Shown here piece by piece: positions 9,601-20,259 of a stretch of DNA of 64,000 bases. The notes under the pieces are model-generated. The model was not told the origin of the DNA. It worked only from the letters and a program-made list of their open reading frames with translations, and did no database searches. Where the stretch lies: assembly GCA_905178155.1 (NCBI GenBank), contig CAJINV010000011.1, forward strand, positions 2,375,331 through 2,439,330, given 5' to 3'. Source of the DNA: Amoebophrya sp. A120. Taxonomy: Eukaryota > Protista > Dinoflagellata. How positions within the stretch are numbered: position 1 is the stretch's first letter; every line of letters starts with the position of its first letter. Made by a program: the position numbers and the translations under genes.

Positions 9601-12600
9601 GTTCTGAGGACTATGTTAATTCCTGTTCAGTGTTGGCGGATGTTGGTCATGCTCTGACGGAAATAAGAAGAGACTCAAACAACTACATCCTGTAAGTACT
9701 TATGAAAATTCATTCTTGTCACTATCAGTCGCCAGCCATCCTGTATGTCGCCGCTTTCTTGTATGGCAACGGGTCGAAGGGTATCAAATGTAAAAATGTC
9801 TGGGTCTGGAAGAATGCAACTTGTGATGCTAAATTTGGATTCCAAAAAAATCTGTATTGCATGAGCAGCAAAGGGAGTGTAATTTTTGATACGCGGAGGG
9901 GGCATTTGTCATGCGGAATAGGCATCGCGAAGCCCGCGCAAAAAATGTGATGCTAGGGCATGCATCACAGACATCATGGCCCAGGCAAAACATGCATGAC
10001 AAGTCTCAGAATCTTCCAGACCCAGACATTTTTACATTTGATAAATTGCATTTGCCTCGGGACCCTGTGCGTGATGATGCGGGCGCTGCCCTCGGAGACC
10101 TACTCCACCATCTATCCTGAGTAAAAACGTACCCACACCAGAGTTGTAATGCAGATCTGCAAACACAGGAAGACTTGTAATGCGCATCCCCATGAGACCC
10201 ATTTCCAGTCGTGTTTTGGAATTTGTGATGCTGTGAACAGGATGAGCAGACGAATCTGTGACGCGGCTGCACTTGCTAACCTGCACTACACTGCATAGCG
10301 CAACTTGTCATGCGTGACTCACAAAACTCCCAGGTTTGTGCTGCAAAATCCTCATCCTGACTCTGGTGTGGGTACGTTTTTACTCAGGATACCATCGCGG
10401 GCCTGTTCATGATGCTGGACGCCTTCAGCGGGATCACGTTCAACCTGTTTTACAAGGGGTACAAGGCCATTCCGGGCGTGGCCAACCCGGCGGCCACCTG
10501 GTTCTTCGTTTCCGGGGTGTTCATCGGGCTGCTCGGCCTCGGCGCCGCCTTCAGCTACTGGACGCTGTACGAACGGCAGAAGCGGTTGGAGGAACAAGAC
10601 AAGGCCGAAGTGGAACTCGCCGCGACCGAAGAAGACGAGTATGATATTACAATGAAAAATGCCCCCACCCCCGAACTTGAAAGCATTTGTATTGCAAACC
10701 TTTCCAAATGAAACATTTGTCCTCTTGCATGTATCAATCAGCATCACAGATTTCCGATCGTGAATAGCAAAAATTTGTATTGCAAAAGATCCCAGGTAGA
10801 GCGGTGCTTGTCATGCAAGCGATGCGAAACACGACTAGAATCAGCATCAGAAAGATTCATACTCCTTTCATGCATGGTAAAAAGTTTTCATTTGGAAACT
10901 TCGCATCACAAATTTTTGCAACTTTGGGAGTGGGGGGCACTTTTCACTGTAATATATGACGACGAGAACCCGGCGCCGCCAAACTTCTCGCTTTATCAAA
11001 AGGAAAAATCCCCCCTCCCCATATCGAAACGAAGTTTCTGATGCTGGATTTCCGTACACAGATCAGATTTGTCTTGCAGTAGAGGACTGCAGGCATGTGT
11101 CAAGCCTCAGACGAGAGGTTTTGACGTAGGCGCCTAGCATGACAAACGTGAATGCTCTAAGCCCAACAGCATCACAAACCGCCTGCAAAATGCGGGGCGC
11201 TCTCTGAAAGTGCCTTCTTGCAAGACAGACAGGATTTGAGGTCACAAATGCGCATCACAAATTTTCAGACGGATACGTTTTCAATATGGGGAGGGGGGAT
11301 GTTTCTCTACGATACGCTGGACAAGAATCTCAGAACTAGCTCTTTCAGCGATCTTCATGATGCAGCTGTAAAGAATAAAGAGGAACAAATTCTAAACCCA
11401 AAGACGGCCGTCGCCTCGTCGAACCAGGAGGACAAAAATGATGTCAGTGCTAGCAAGAAGAAAACCAAGACCACCGTGGAAGATGATGACAGCGAGAAGT
11501 TTCCGAAGGGGCACATGCTGCTGGGCACGGTGTGCCTGGCGTTCGTGATGTTTTTCGGGACCGCGTGGGGCATGTGCTACAATAAGCAGGTAAAATACAT
11601 GTACGAACCCGCGGTGCGCGCCGACAACGGGTTGCTGACAAAGGCCGACCTGCTGTCTCTGTCGAGGCGAGCCGAAAAACCGCTGTTTTCCCTCCTCCGT
11701 AGTAATGCGCAGTACCAGTATCGTTACCCGGTAAGCCCGGACTTGGTGGACGCCAAATTCTCGGACCTGTTTCTCTGGGAATGGAAAGTGGTATAAAGTA
11801 AAAGATTGAATTAGTACTTACAATTGTTGAAAGCTTTCTACTTCCCGGGCATGTGATGTATGGAACATTTCTGTTACGCTGGCAGAAACGAAGATTCGTT
11901 CTATTGCCGAATTACGTCATCGTCGATCTTTCTATTCATTTTCCTTCTCCGTCGCGAGCACCAGTCACCGTCGTGTTTCAACATCTTTCATGCTGCACGC
12001 GACGCTTTTGAAGAAGTTTCCTTTTATCATTATTTTTTGTGCTTTTCTGCAGGTCCCGGAAGACCACACCCCGGACAACCCGGTCCCTTTCGCGGACGGC
12101 ACGAACACGAAGCTGCTTCCCCTCGTGGCCAGGTTTGACAGCTACGCGGCGGACCGGGACGTGCTGATCGCGCAGGTACGGTATTTCAACGACGCGGACA
12201 CGGTTGCCCTTCGTTCGGTGGAGATAGGTTTAAACAATTTCTCCTCGGACGAGAACGTGCTGTACATCGAACCCAAAATCCACTCTACTGGGGGCTTGCG
12301 GAAGTGGGAAAGAACCGAGGGCGTGGCCGCCGGCAGCCAGGACGCCTTCACCGAAAAAGCGTTCGATCTCGCGCTGCCCACGACGATCTTCATTGCCTCA
12401 AACGGGATCGGCCGCTTTCTGGCGGGCTTCGCGGCCGAAAGTGTGGGAAAGTGCACCGCACTCGCGATCTATTTCCCCGTGGCGCTGGTCGTGTACCTAG
12501 CCGTGTTTTTCTGGCAGGGGTTTGTGGGAGGTACTATACATGATGTTCATTTATTGTTTGTGTTTCTACTTGAATTTGAATTTGTAGTAAACGGCAAAAG

Positions 12601-13835
12601 CCGGCTGGTACTGAAGATTCTACACGTTGTTCTGCTGCCGTTCATAACCTTGAAAAAAAAATTAACTGTCTATGCTACACTTGTTTATACATAACCACGA
12701 TCGCACCAACAGGCTTCCCTAGCAGCCTCGCGGGTATGATCAGCACCACCATTATCGTTGGGCTCGCGTTCGGCGCCCAGTTTGCCATGATGCCGATCTA
12801 CTTGAAGACGGTGGTCCGTCCGGCGAACATGGGGCTTTTGTTTGGCATATGAATTGCAAAAGTGTCTGGGTCTGGAAGATTGCCAGGTTTGTCATGCACA
12901 CTTTGCATGACTTCTGATGTCTGTGATGCATGCCCTAGCATCACAGATTTTGTGAGGGCTTCCTGATGCCTATACCGCATGAGAAATGCTCTTTCCGTGT
13001 AGCTAAACTTGGACTCTCTTTGCTGCCCATGCAATACAGATTTTTTTTGAATTCAAAATCAGCATGACAAGTTGCATTCTTCCAGACCCAGACATTTTTA
13101 CGCTTAATATGGCACCGCCGTGCTGGCGCTCGTGACGGGCAACTTCGTGTGGAACCTTATTGTGAGGCAAAATCCCCCCTCCCCATATTGAAAAGGTATG
13201 TTTCCGAAAATTTGTGTTGCTGATTTCAGGTCACAAATCGTGTTTGTCTTGCAAGAAGACAAAGCCAGAGAGTCCGCCGGATTATGCAGGCGGTTTGTGA
13301 TGCTGTTGGGCTTACAGAGCCCACGTCTGTCATGCTAGTCGCCTACGTCCAAACCTCTCGACTCAGGCTTAGCATATGCCTGCAGGCCTCTCCAGCAAGA
13401 CAGACCTGATTTGTGTACGCAAATCCAGCATCAGAAAGCTCGTTGCGATACGGGGAGGGGGGATATTTCCTTTTGATAAACCTTCTCCCCTACGCCAGCG
13501 AGGATACGTCCATCGTGTGGTCGATCGCCAATGTGCGGCAGGACTACCCGAACGATGTGGAGCAGCTTCTCCAGCGGCAAAGCGACCCGGTGCACGGGCC
13601 GTACACGCAATTCTTCAACGAAAACGGGAAGGTGAACGGAACCTGCGTGGGGCCCTACTGCTTGCGCGAGTTTTTTCAGTTCGCGTTCTTCCTCACCCTA
13701 TTGTCCTTCCCCTTCTCACTCGTCATGCTCGGCGCCCACCTGTCGCTGCGCAGGCAGCGGAAGGAGAGGGAGCAGCAACTCGCATTGATGTTGCAGGAGG
13801 AGGAGGAGGAGGAAAAAAAGACGGCCGAGACGTAA
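6676..13835 (+). CDS. Major facilitator superfamily transporter (nodulin-like/NFD4-MCH1 type), multi-exon; start at 6676 or 8566
   Basis: Joined exons give hydrophobic helices with MFS-like motifs: LYLISFLGMGFGVLPGWLVDVLGPSL, AAFLYGNGS..CLGTLCVMMRALP, IASNGIGRFLAGFAAE, VGLAFGAQFAMMPIYLKTVVRPANMGLLFG, CVGPYCLREFFQFAF. It carries seven introner-like elements and GT-AG introns (e.g. 9434-9728); stop at 13835. Confidence 0.85.
6872..8517 (+). repeat. 47-bp direct repeat (6872-6918 and 8471-8517) flanking a ~1.55-kb insert
   Basis: GGGAAGATGAGGATGAA(A/G)ATGGAGCCAGCGAAGATGCCGTTTACGAG occurs twice with one mismatch, both copies in the MFS reading frame. Confidence 0.9.
7338..7888. repeat. Foldback structure: inverted arrays of an 11-bp unit plus outer inverted repeats
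   Basis: (AAAAGACTTTG)x4 at 7512-7568 faces (CAAAGTCTTTT)x6 at 7637-7714; outer arms AATACCATGCGGCACGCGC (~7339) and GCGCGTGCCGCATGGTATT (~7869). Confidence 0.8.
9040..9299. mobile_element. Introner-like element family A, 260 bp
   Basis: TATCAAATGCAAAAATGTC...GACATTTTTGCATTTGATA; DR CCTTT; removal gives LYLISF-LGMGFG. Confidence 0.93.
9782..10043. mobile_element. Introner-like element family A, 262 bp, diverged DR
   Basis: Perfect TIR TATCAAATGTAAAAATGTCTGGGTCTGGAAGA; flanks AAGGG/AATTG; removing element + 5 nt restores the frame. Confidence 0.9.
10113..10391. mobile_element. Introner-like element (singleton), 279 bp
   Basis: Perfect 32-bp TIR TATCCTGAGTAAAAACGTACCCACACCAGAGT; DR CCATC; removal gives YSTI-AGLFMM. 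Confidence 0.95.
10645..10954. mobile_element. Introner-like element (singleton), 310 bp
   Basis: TATTACAATGAAAAATGCCCCC...GGGGGCACTTTTCACTGTAATA; DR TATGA; removal gives EDEYDDENP. Confidence 0.9.
10994..11314. mobile_element. Introner-like element family B, 321 bp
   Basis: TATCAAAAGGAAAAATCCCCCCTCCCCATAT...ATATGGGGAGGGGGGATGTTTCTCTACGATA; DR CGCTT/CGCTG; reverse-complement relative of 13158-13478. Confidence 0.92.
12848..13109. mobile_element. Introner-like element family A, 262 bp, opposite orientation to 9782
   Basis: TATGAATTGCAAAAGTGTCTGGGTCTGGAAG...CTTCCAGACCCAGACATTTTTACGCTTAATA; DR TGGCA; removal gives LLFG-TAVL. Confidence 0.93.
13158..13478. mobile_element. Introner-like element family B, 321 bp
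   Basis: TATTGTGAGGCAAAATCCCCCCTCCCC...GGGGAGGGGGGATATTTCCTTTTGATA; DR AACCT; removal gives VWNL-LPYASE. Confidence 0.93.
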
Positions 13836-16210
13836 GTACCAAATAATGTTCATCCGGGTCCTTTGACGCAGATGAAGTGGAAGTGCGCGACGAGGCACCA
13901 GAGCCGGAAAAGGAGCGCTAGCGGTACCGTACCAAAAGGTGTCGTGGGCTATAAACTGCTCGGCATGACCATGGAGCTACATGGCACAACCAGGGCGCTT
14001 CTACTGCTCCGGAACATACTAAGTATACGCCCACACTGAGCCCGGACGAACACGTGCCCTTGCGGGAAGGGAGAAGTGAAAATAATGATATGTTGACTAC
14101 CACCAGCACGGTGTGGTTTTTTAAAATCAGGAGCACATTTAGCGATTGCCTGTAACATTTTCAGCGTGAGTTTGAATTCAACAAGCTATGTTTTTGTTTA
14201 CTCAGTTCGTGGTCAACGTAGAAATTTCTGTACCTACACATCAATTAATTGAATGATCATCGTCGATTGACCACATCAAAAGTCCCCTCGTCCCGAGGGG
14301 CCGGATACTTATTCGCCTTTAGTTGTACCCAAACCAGCTTGACTCCCAAGTTCATTATGGAACTCTGCCTTGTTGTTGTGGTCGCCTGTCGGACATAAAT
14401 TGTCGCGACAACGAGCACAAGGTTGATTTCTGCTTTTTTTTTTCATCTAGCGACACGAGACACCCCCCCATTGCCATTATCGATGATGAATCAGACCCTA
14501 AGGACTTCTTCGGCGTGTATTTTACTTGAGGATCAAAGAAAAGATCTTCAGCACTGTGTGTGTCTTATATCCAATATAGCGTTTTGCCTCATGTCATGTC
14601 AATCGGAAGTAAAGCGTCTCTAAAGCTGCAAGTAGGTACTCTTTTCTATTGTTGCTTGTCAAGTTTACAAGCAGCAACGTTTTGCATCGAATTCGAAAAT
14701 GAAATGTTGGCGCGGTTATGTAATTTTGGGAGTTGAATTTACTTCGCCGAGTTGCAGCATGGATGGCGGAATCATGTGCAGCATTTGTGTCAAAATCGCA
14801 CGAGCAGATCACGAATTCGAATTTATTTCTCACGGATGCGCATGCTCCTGCCACGAAAGAAATAAGAGCCAGTCGAAGCGTGTACATGTGCCCGTGTAGA
14901 ACTGTGTCCGTAGGTGCAGGAACCTTGTAAAGATAAGGAAGCCGTAGACAAAAGTACAAGTTGAGCTTGTAGTGATGAGAATTCGAGTAAAGAACGAAGA
15001 GTATGAAGCTGGAGCACTTGTTGTCACATTCAGCATCTTGCTGGGCGTCGCGGCCACACTGGAGCTCATATTGTTCCCAACGGAGACTGAAACATGTTTC
15101 AGTTTCACTGGTTCTGGTTCGTTTTCCAAGAATCAATCATTCATAGATCAATTTCAATCCACCGATGGAGATGTGAAAGCCGAACCTACCGACGTATGAG
15201 ATCCAGGTCTTCAATATGGTAGTTTTTATCACAGAAGTTGTGTTCAGATGGATCAAAATAGTAGATCCTGCTATGTATTGGATGCTGATGAGAGGAAAAC
15301 GAAAAGCTAAAGCTTTGGAACATTCGTGTAGTCCTCGTGAAGAATTGATAAAAGAAAAATCGAAATACCATTTACTAATGAGCTTGGGTTCCTTTTTGTC
15401 GAAGTCGTGCGTGAAAAAAGAGATCGTATAAAAGATCGATCTGCATTCAGAAAAGAAATACAGGTGGCAGACTTCCGTTTGCTCTTGCTTCCGAGTAAAT
15501 GCTATTCCTTTTGTTTGTGCTCGTCGTTGTGAGAGACAGAGACCCGGGTGTTGGTGTTTTTGACGTGCTTGATAGTACGAAAGGCTATGCCGCTGTGGTG
15601 CGGATCAGAGAAAAAAAATTACTGTTCGAAATCATGACGTGAAGTAGCAGGTGCGCAATCATTGGTGTCTGACCTAGATCTCCCTCCACAGTAGAATAAA
15701 TGTCATCTTCGCGCACCAGGACATGACCGACCGTGCGTGCCTCCCTTAGGAGCTGCAGTGAACATGATGACAAGGAGCCGCTTTTCTAAAATCTTGAGAA
15801 AGGCTCTGAATAATCACTCCCCCGAAGGAACAGCGACTTGAATCATTATTCTCATTGTTTGGCTTTGTACTTTATAGTCGAACTGGGGAAGTAGATGCTG
15901 AGAAGTGTAGTATTGCTGTAGTTTTTGCCACTTGATGTCAACATCACGTAGTCTTTGTAGCTGAGATCGAAGAGCGACACAAGTTGTACGATTTCCTTCT
16001 GTTTCAGTATCGTCTCATCATCTCTCGCCTGTACCACTTTTTTTCGTATTTATATCTACCACGAGTTCATCGCGCCCTTTGAGGTCAAGATACATACGAC
16101 AGCACCGAATCACAATCAACATCTGATTGCCGTAGAGACGCGTGAAAATATCCTCATCCGTATCACGAACTGAAGGAACAACCATCAGCTAGTTACCGAA
16201 ACGAAACAAC

Positions 16211-19031
16211 ATGGACGGCGGGCAGCAAAATAGCGGTCCGCAGGAGCAGATTGGCGGCTCCCAGCCCTCTTCCTCGCCACCGCGGCCCACCCCCGGTGCG
16301 GCGAGCAGCAGCGGCGCAGCCCCAGGACTCGCTGGGGCCACACAGGACGTGCTGGGGCTCGCACCGGAAAACTTCGACGCCACCCAAGTGGACCACGCCG
16401 GCGTGCCGCTCGCGCCCATACTAAACACGCAAGCGAGCCATGCCGTCCCGGACAACACGCAGGATCTGGATCGGTACCTCGATGCGTCCCAGCGACAGTC
16501 GCCAATACGCAGCCGCCCGCAGTCCCCCGTGAACAAACCTGCAGAAGGACCACGAACAGACAACTCACCGGCACGACACAGTGCGCGGGGTACTAGCCAA
16601 TCACCAGCAGCACACCCGAAGTCCCCTGTTATTTCCTCCTCGCAGGCCGAGATCCTTGGAACTGCAGACTCCTTCGTGGGCGCCACGCAAGTCGAGTCGC
16701 AGCTTCAGCAACAGCAGCAGCTGGAACAGCAGAGCGGAAGCGAGCCTGCTGCGGCGGGTCTACAGTCGAGCGCGGTAGAAAAAGATTTGGATTTTTTCTT
16801 TTCTAATGTTGACCAAAGCTTCGCGATGATGTGCATGTGCATGAGCATGACAGACTCTGATGAATGTGTCGTTTGAAATGAGAAACTCAGTCATGTTGCC
16901 TCTTCAATTAATACATCAAGTAAAAACGAAAATGGGAAATAAAACATGCAACGCCAACGTTTCTTGATCTCTTTCACTCTCCAGGACGATGATGGCGACG
17001 ATTTGTTTGGTGACGGCGAAAAGATTGCAGAACCTTCTGCAGCACCAGCGGAGCCCGCGGTTCTCGACCCAGACCAGGAACTTGACAACTTGTTTATGGA
17101 TGATGACGTACTTTTTGAAAAATTTTTGTGTTGCATAAGCTGCAATTAATACTCATTTAGATTTACGTGCTCATGTCTTGTCGCCTTTGTTCTAGCCATT
17201 CGTACTACTACTGGAATGCCGCATGTACAAGTATGTTGGCCTTTTTTACGTTTTTTCTGTATGAAGCAGTTGCATCTGCAAAAGAAAACCATGACAGCTG
17301 GACGATTTTGATCTCACCGCGGGCGTGGATATGCTCGGCGGAGATGATTTTCTGAAGCTTGGCGACACCGGAGGTGCGGACAGCACGGCAAAAACGGCGG
17401 CACAGCAGCTGCTGGAGGAGGAGGAGGATTTGTTCGGCGTGATCTCCGACGAAGAAGAGGACGTGGCGGCGGAGGGCGTACAGCTCCTCCGACGAGAAAA
17501 ACTGAAGGGAAATCCGGTATATAGACAATTACGGGTAGTTTTTGGAAAGAAACAGGGATACTAGTGCAGCGATTTACACATACGTACGTTTTTCACTTCG
17601 AGTTCTTAGTTTTCACGTGCTACTACTACATTTCATGCTCGTAACCGCCCACCCTCCCAGTACGATGGAGGAATATGCCTGCCGCATGCGTTGAGGAAAA
17701 TGTTTGCATTTGCTTGGTTGAAAAAAAAAATGCCCCGAAAATATTAAATTATCCACAGCTTTGCGTATTCAACGTGCCAAACATTATCTCCTGGGAGAAG
17801 CAAGCCTTCGACGAGCGAGACTCCCTGCGCACGCTGGAACATCTGTGGCAAGAAAGCGACCGGAACGGGGTCAAGCTGAAAAACCCAGAAAACACGTTCC
17901 GCTGGAAGTTCAAGCGCGACGCCACCGGCAAGTGGATGACCAACAGCAAAGGGATTCCAGAGTAATATTGAAACATTTTTTGCAATTTGCGCCTGCACTT
18001 TTATTTGATGTGCAACTTCGAGATATTGCTGTTTTGCAGCACTAAAAGTTGAATTTTTGCAAGTCGTGCGTTCTTCATTGTTCTGGGAGAACTGTCACTC
18101 ATGGAGGGTTCTTTTTACCTGCTTCCAGTGCGGTGCATGATCATCGTGATCATGATTCGTACTTGGTATGCATAAACAAGTTTCGCATTCAAAATATCAG
18201 GTACGAGTCCAACGCACGGATTGTGGAATTCGAAAATGGCGACAAATTTCTGAACATCGGCGAGGAATATTTCAAGATTCAGGAAAAAGCGGAGAAGATA
18301 CGTCGGCACCATCTGTATTGACATCAATCTTTTTTCGCACGGTCGTCCACCACCGAATGCCGCGGATTTTTTTTTTTCAAAATTGTTTCGCGCACTTGAT
18401 TTGTTTTTCCAATTGTAGTTGCCACACAAAATGAAATTCCAGGTTCAGCGAGCAGGAGCACTACGTTTTCGCGCACCACACACCGCTGATGCACTACGCA
18501 ACCGCGGTGCCACTGGATATCAAGTCCAACACCCACGACAAATTGATGGCTGCGCAAATCAAGAAGGTACTTGTTATGTGTGGTGTGTCGCTCTACTTAT
18601 GGGAATGGGATCGTAAAACCTCTTCAACTACACACTCCATGTTTCTACCAGAAGGTTTGACTTTGAGAATGCGAATAATAAAAATTTTGTTCATACAACC
18701 TTATCATCCTCTACACTATCCCCAGGTTATGCCGGACCGCAAGATCACGACGGTGACTGCGCAGCAGGTGGCGGAGAACCAGCGCATCTACAAGCTGGAC
18801 CAGGAGGAGGAGCGGAAGCGCAAGGCCATCGCGAACGCGGGCGCCGCGAGCTCGCGGAAGCGGCCCGCCGCGAAGGACCGGGACCTGGGGTTGACCGCCG
18901 AGTTTTTGGAGCAAGACGGTGAACCGGATCACGGTGGTGGCGTGTCCCTGAAGAAACTCCGCAACGAGGGCCGCAAGGGAAACCACGACGACAACTTCCT
19001 GCGTCGCACGGGAGACACGCTCGGAAGGTAA
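16211..19031 (+). CDS. LEO1: Leo1-like subunit of the Paf1 RNA polymerase II complex, ~7 exons with GT-AG introns
   Basis: Acidic N-terminal region followed by Leo1-domain motifs VFNVPNIISWEKQAFD, PENTFRWK, YESNARIVEFENGDKFLNIGEEYF, HHLF, SNTHDKL. Approximate exons: 16211-16774, 16985-17107, 17298-17534, 17759-17961, 18201-18314, 18443-18566, 18726-19031. Confidence 0.88.
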
Positions 19032-19899
19032 GGGGCTGGATGGGCGGACCGTGGTCATTTCGCAGTTCTTGCAGATGAAGAAAAGCGCCGTTCGTGCTGC
19101 TGGTGTGCTGTTCGATTGATGATAATCGGAACGATCTGCGCTTTGTGCAATGGATTTGGTCATCTTCCTCGGGAGTAAGTTCAGGATACTTACGAAGGAC
19201 CGAAGAGATAAAACATTTCTTTCACATTCTCACACTATTTGATTTTGATTGGCAAACATCACGAAAAATGGCACCATGAACAATCAGAATCATCCACAGC
19301 TGATTCTGCAAGCCAGGGTGCGCCGACTGTTGTTTTCTTCTATTCCTATGTACTATTTCCTGACAGGATCCTGAAAGGAAGTGCAACCGACCTCCAGCAT
19401 CATTCAGGTTGTGTGTAAAAAAATTCGTGTGCTTACGGTAGTGCGGTTTTGATGAGCGACAGAGGCGACCTCTTTGTTATAGTCAATTAAGTACTTCCCA
19501 GATGAGAGATGCAGGCCTCTTTCTGAAGTTGATATGTGATTGGCGGAGAGATTCGACGCCAGTTAAAATCAACAACGACTCCACCGACTTCCACTTGTTG
19601 CACATAGTTTCAGTTTCTTCTGCAGTCAAGCATAATTAGGGTGGGTGGATTGAGTGAGCAAGCCAGAGGAGGTGACAGACAGAACAAGAATAAAAGCAGA
19701 GAAACTGAATCGCAGTATCACGAGCAGCTCGAGGTTGGATTGGTAGGTAGTTGAGCTGAAAAAAACAGTAGCAAAGGGTAATTATCCCAGCTGGGCCACC
19801 TCGCTTGGCAATATCAATAAGTGCAGGGGCGGCATTGGAAGAACTATTCGTATTTGAATTAAGACTAGCAAAACCGGTCTGCGAACAATCGCCGCGCGG

Positions 19900-20259
19900 A
19901 TGTCTTTGTCGACGTCGTCCTCGTCGAGCGGCGCCAGCGTGACGGCCAAAGGGGTGGCGCAGGACGGCAGCAGGGGCGCACCGAGCACAGGCCGCCTGCT
20001 CCTGGGGTTCAAGAAGATCGCGAATTCAAATGCGTCGGGGTTTCCCATTTGTGCCGCGCCCGCGTTTGACGGCGTCGGCTCCTTGACGGTCAAGAAATTC
20101 CGCAAAGTCTTTCTGCCCGCGGTCGACGCCCACGTCTTCAGCGATTGCCCGCCCCACCGAGTGGCGCGGCGCGATTCGACTACAAAAAAATCGCCCGCGC
20201 GCAGCTTTCGCCCTCCTCGCCCGGCCCGGGCCCTGGCGCGCCCGCCGGCCCAGCCCTAG
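19900..20259 (+). CDS. Possible first exon or remnant of an unknown gene
   Basis: The ATG ORF starts MSLSTSSSSSGAS (cf. Vps45 MASSSSSSGGAS) with GC3-rich codons for ~80 codons, then degrades into GC-rich non-coding-like sequence. No homology recognised. Confidence 0.3.
   Translation: MSLSTSSSSSGASVTAKGVAQDGSRGAPSTGRLLLGFKKIANSNASGFPICAAPAFDGVGSLTVKKFRKVFLPAVDAHVFSDCPPHRVARRDSTTKKSPARSFRPPRPARALARPPAQP

Noticed and set aside
14594-15431. Several 60-180 aa ORFs between the MFS gene and Leo1
   Set aside because: No recognisable domain, and no consistent exon chain or codon bias.
17661-17701. Possible Leo1 micro-exon bounded by a TACG direct repeat
   Set aside because: A single GT-AG intron 17535-17758 joins the flanking exons in frame, so the micro-exon is unnecessary.
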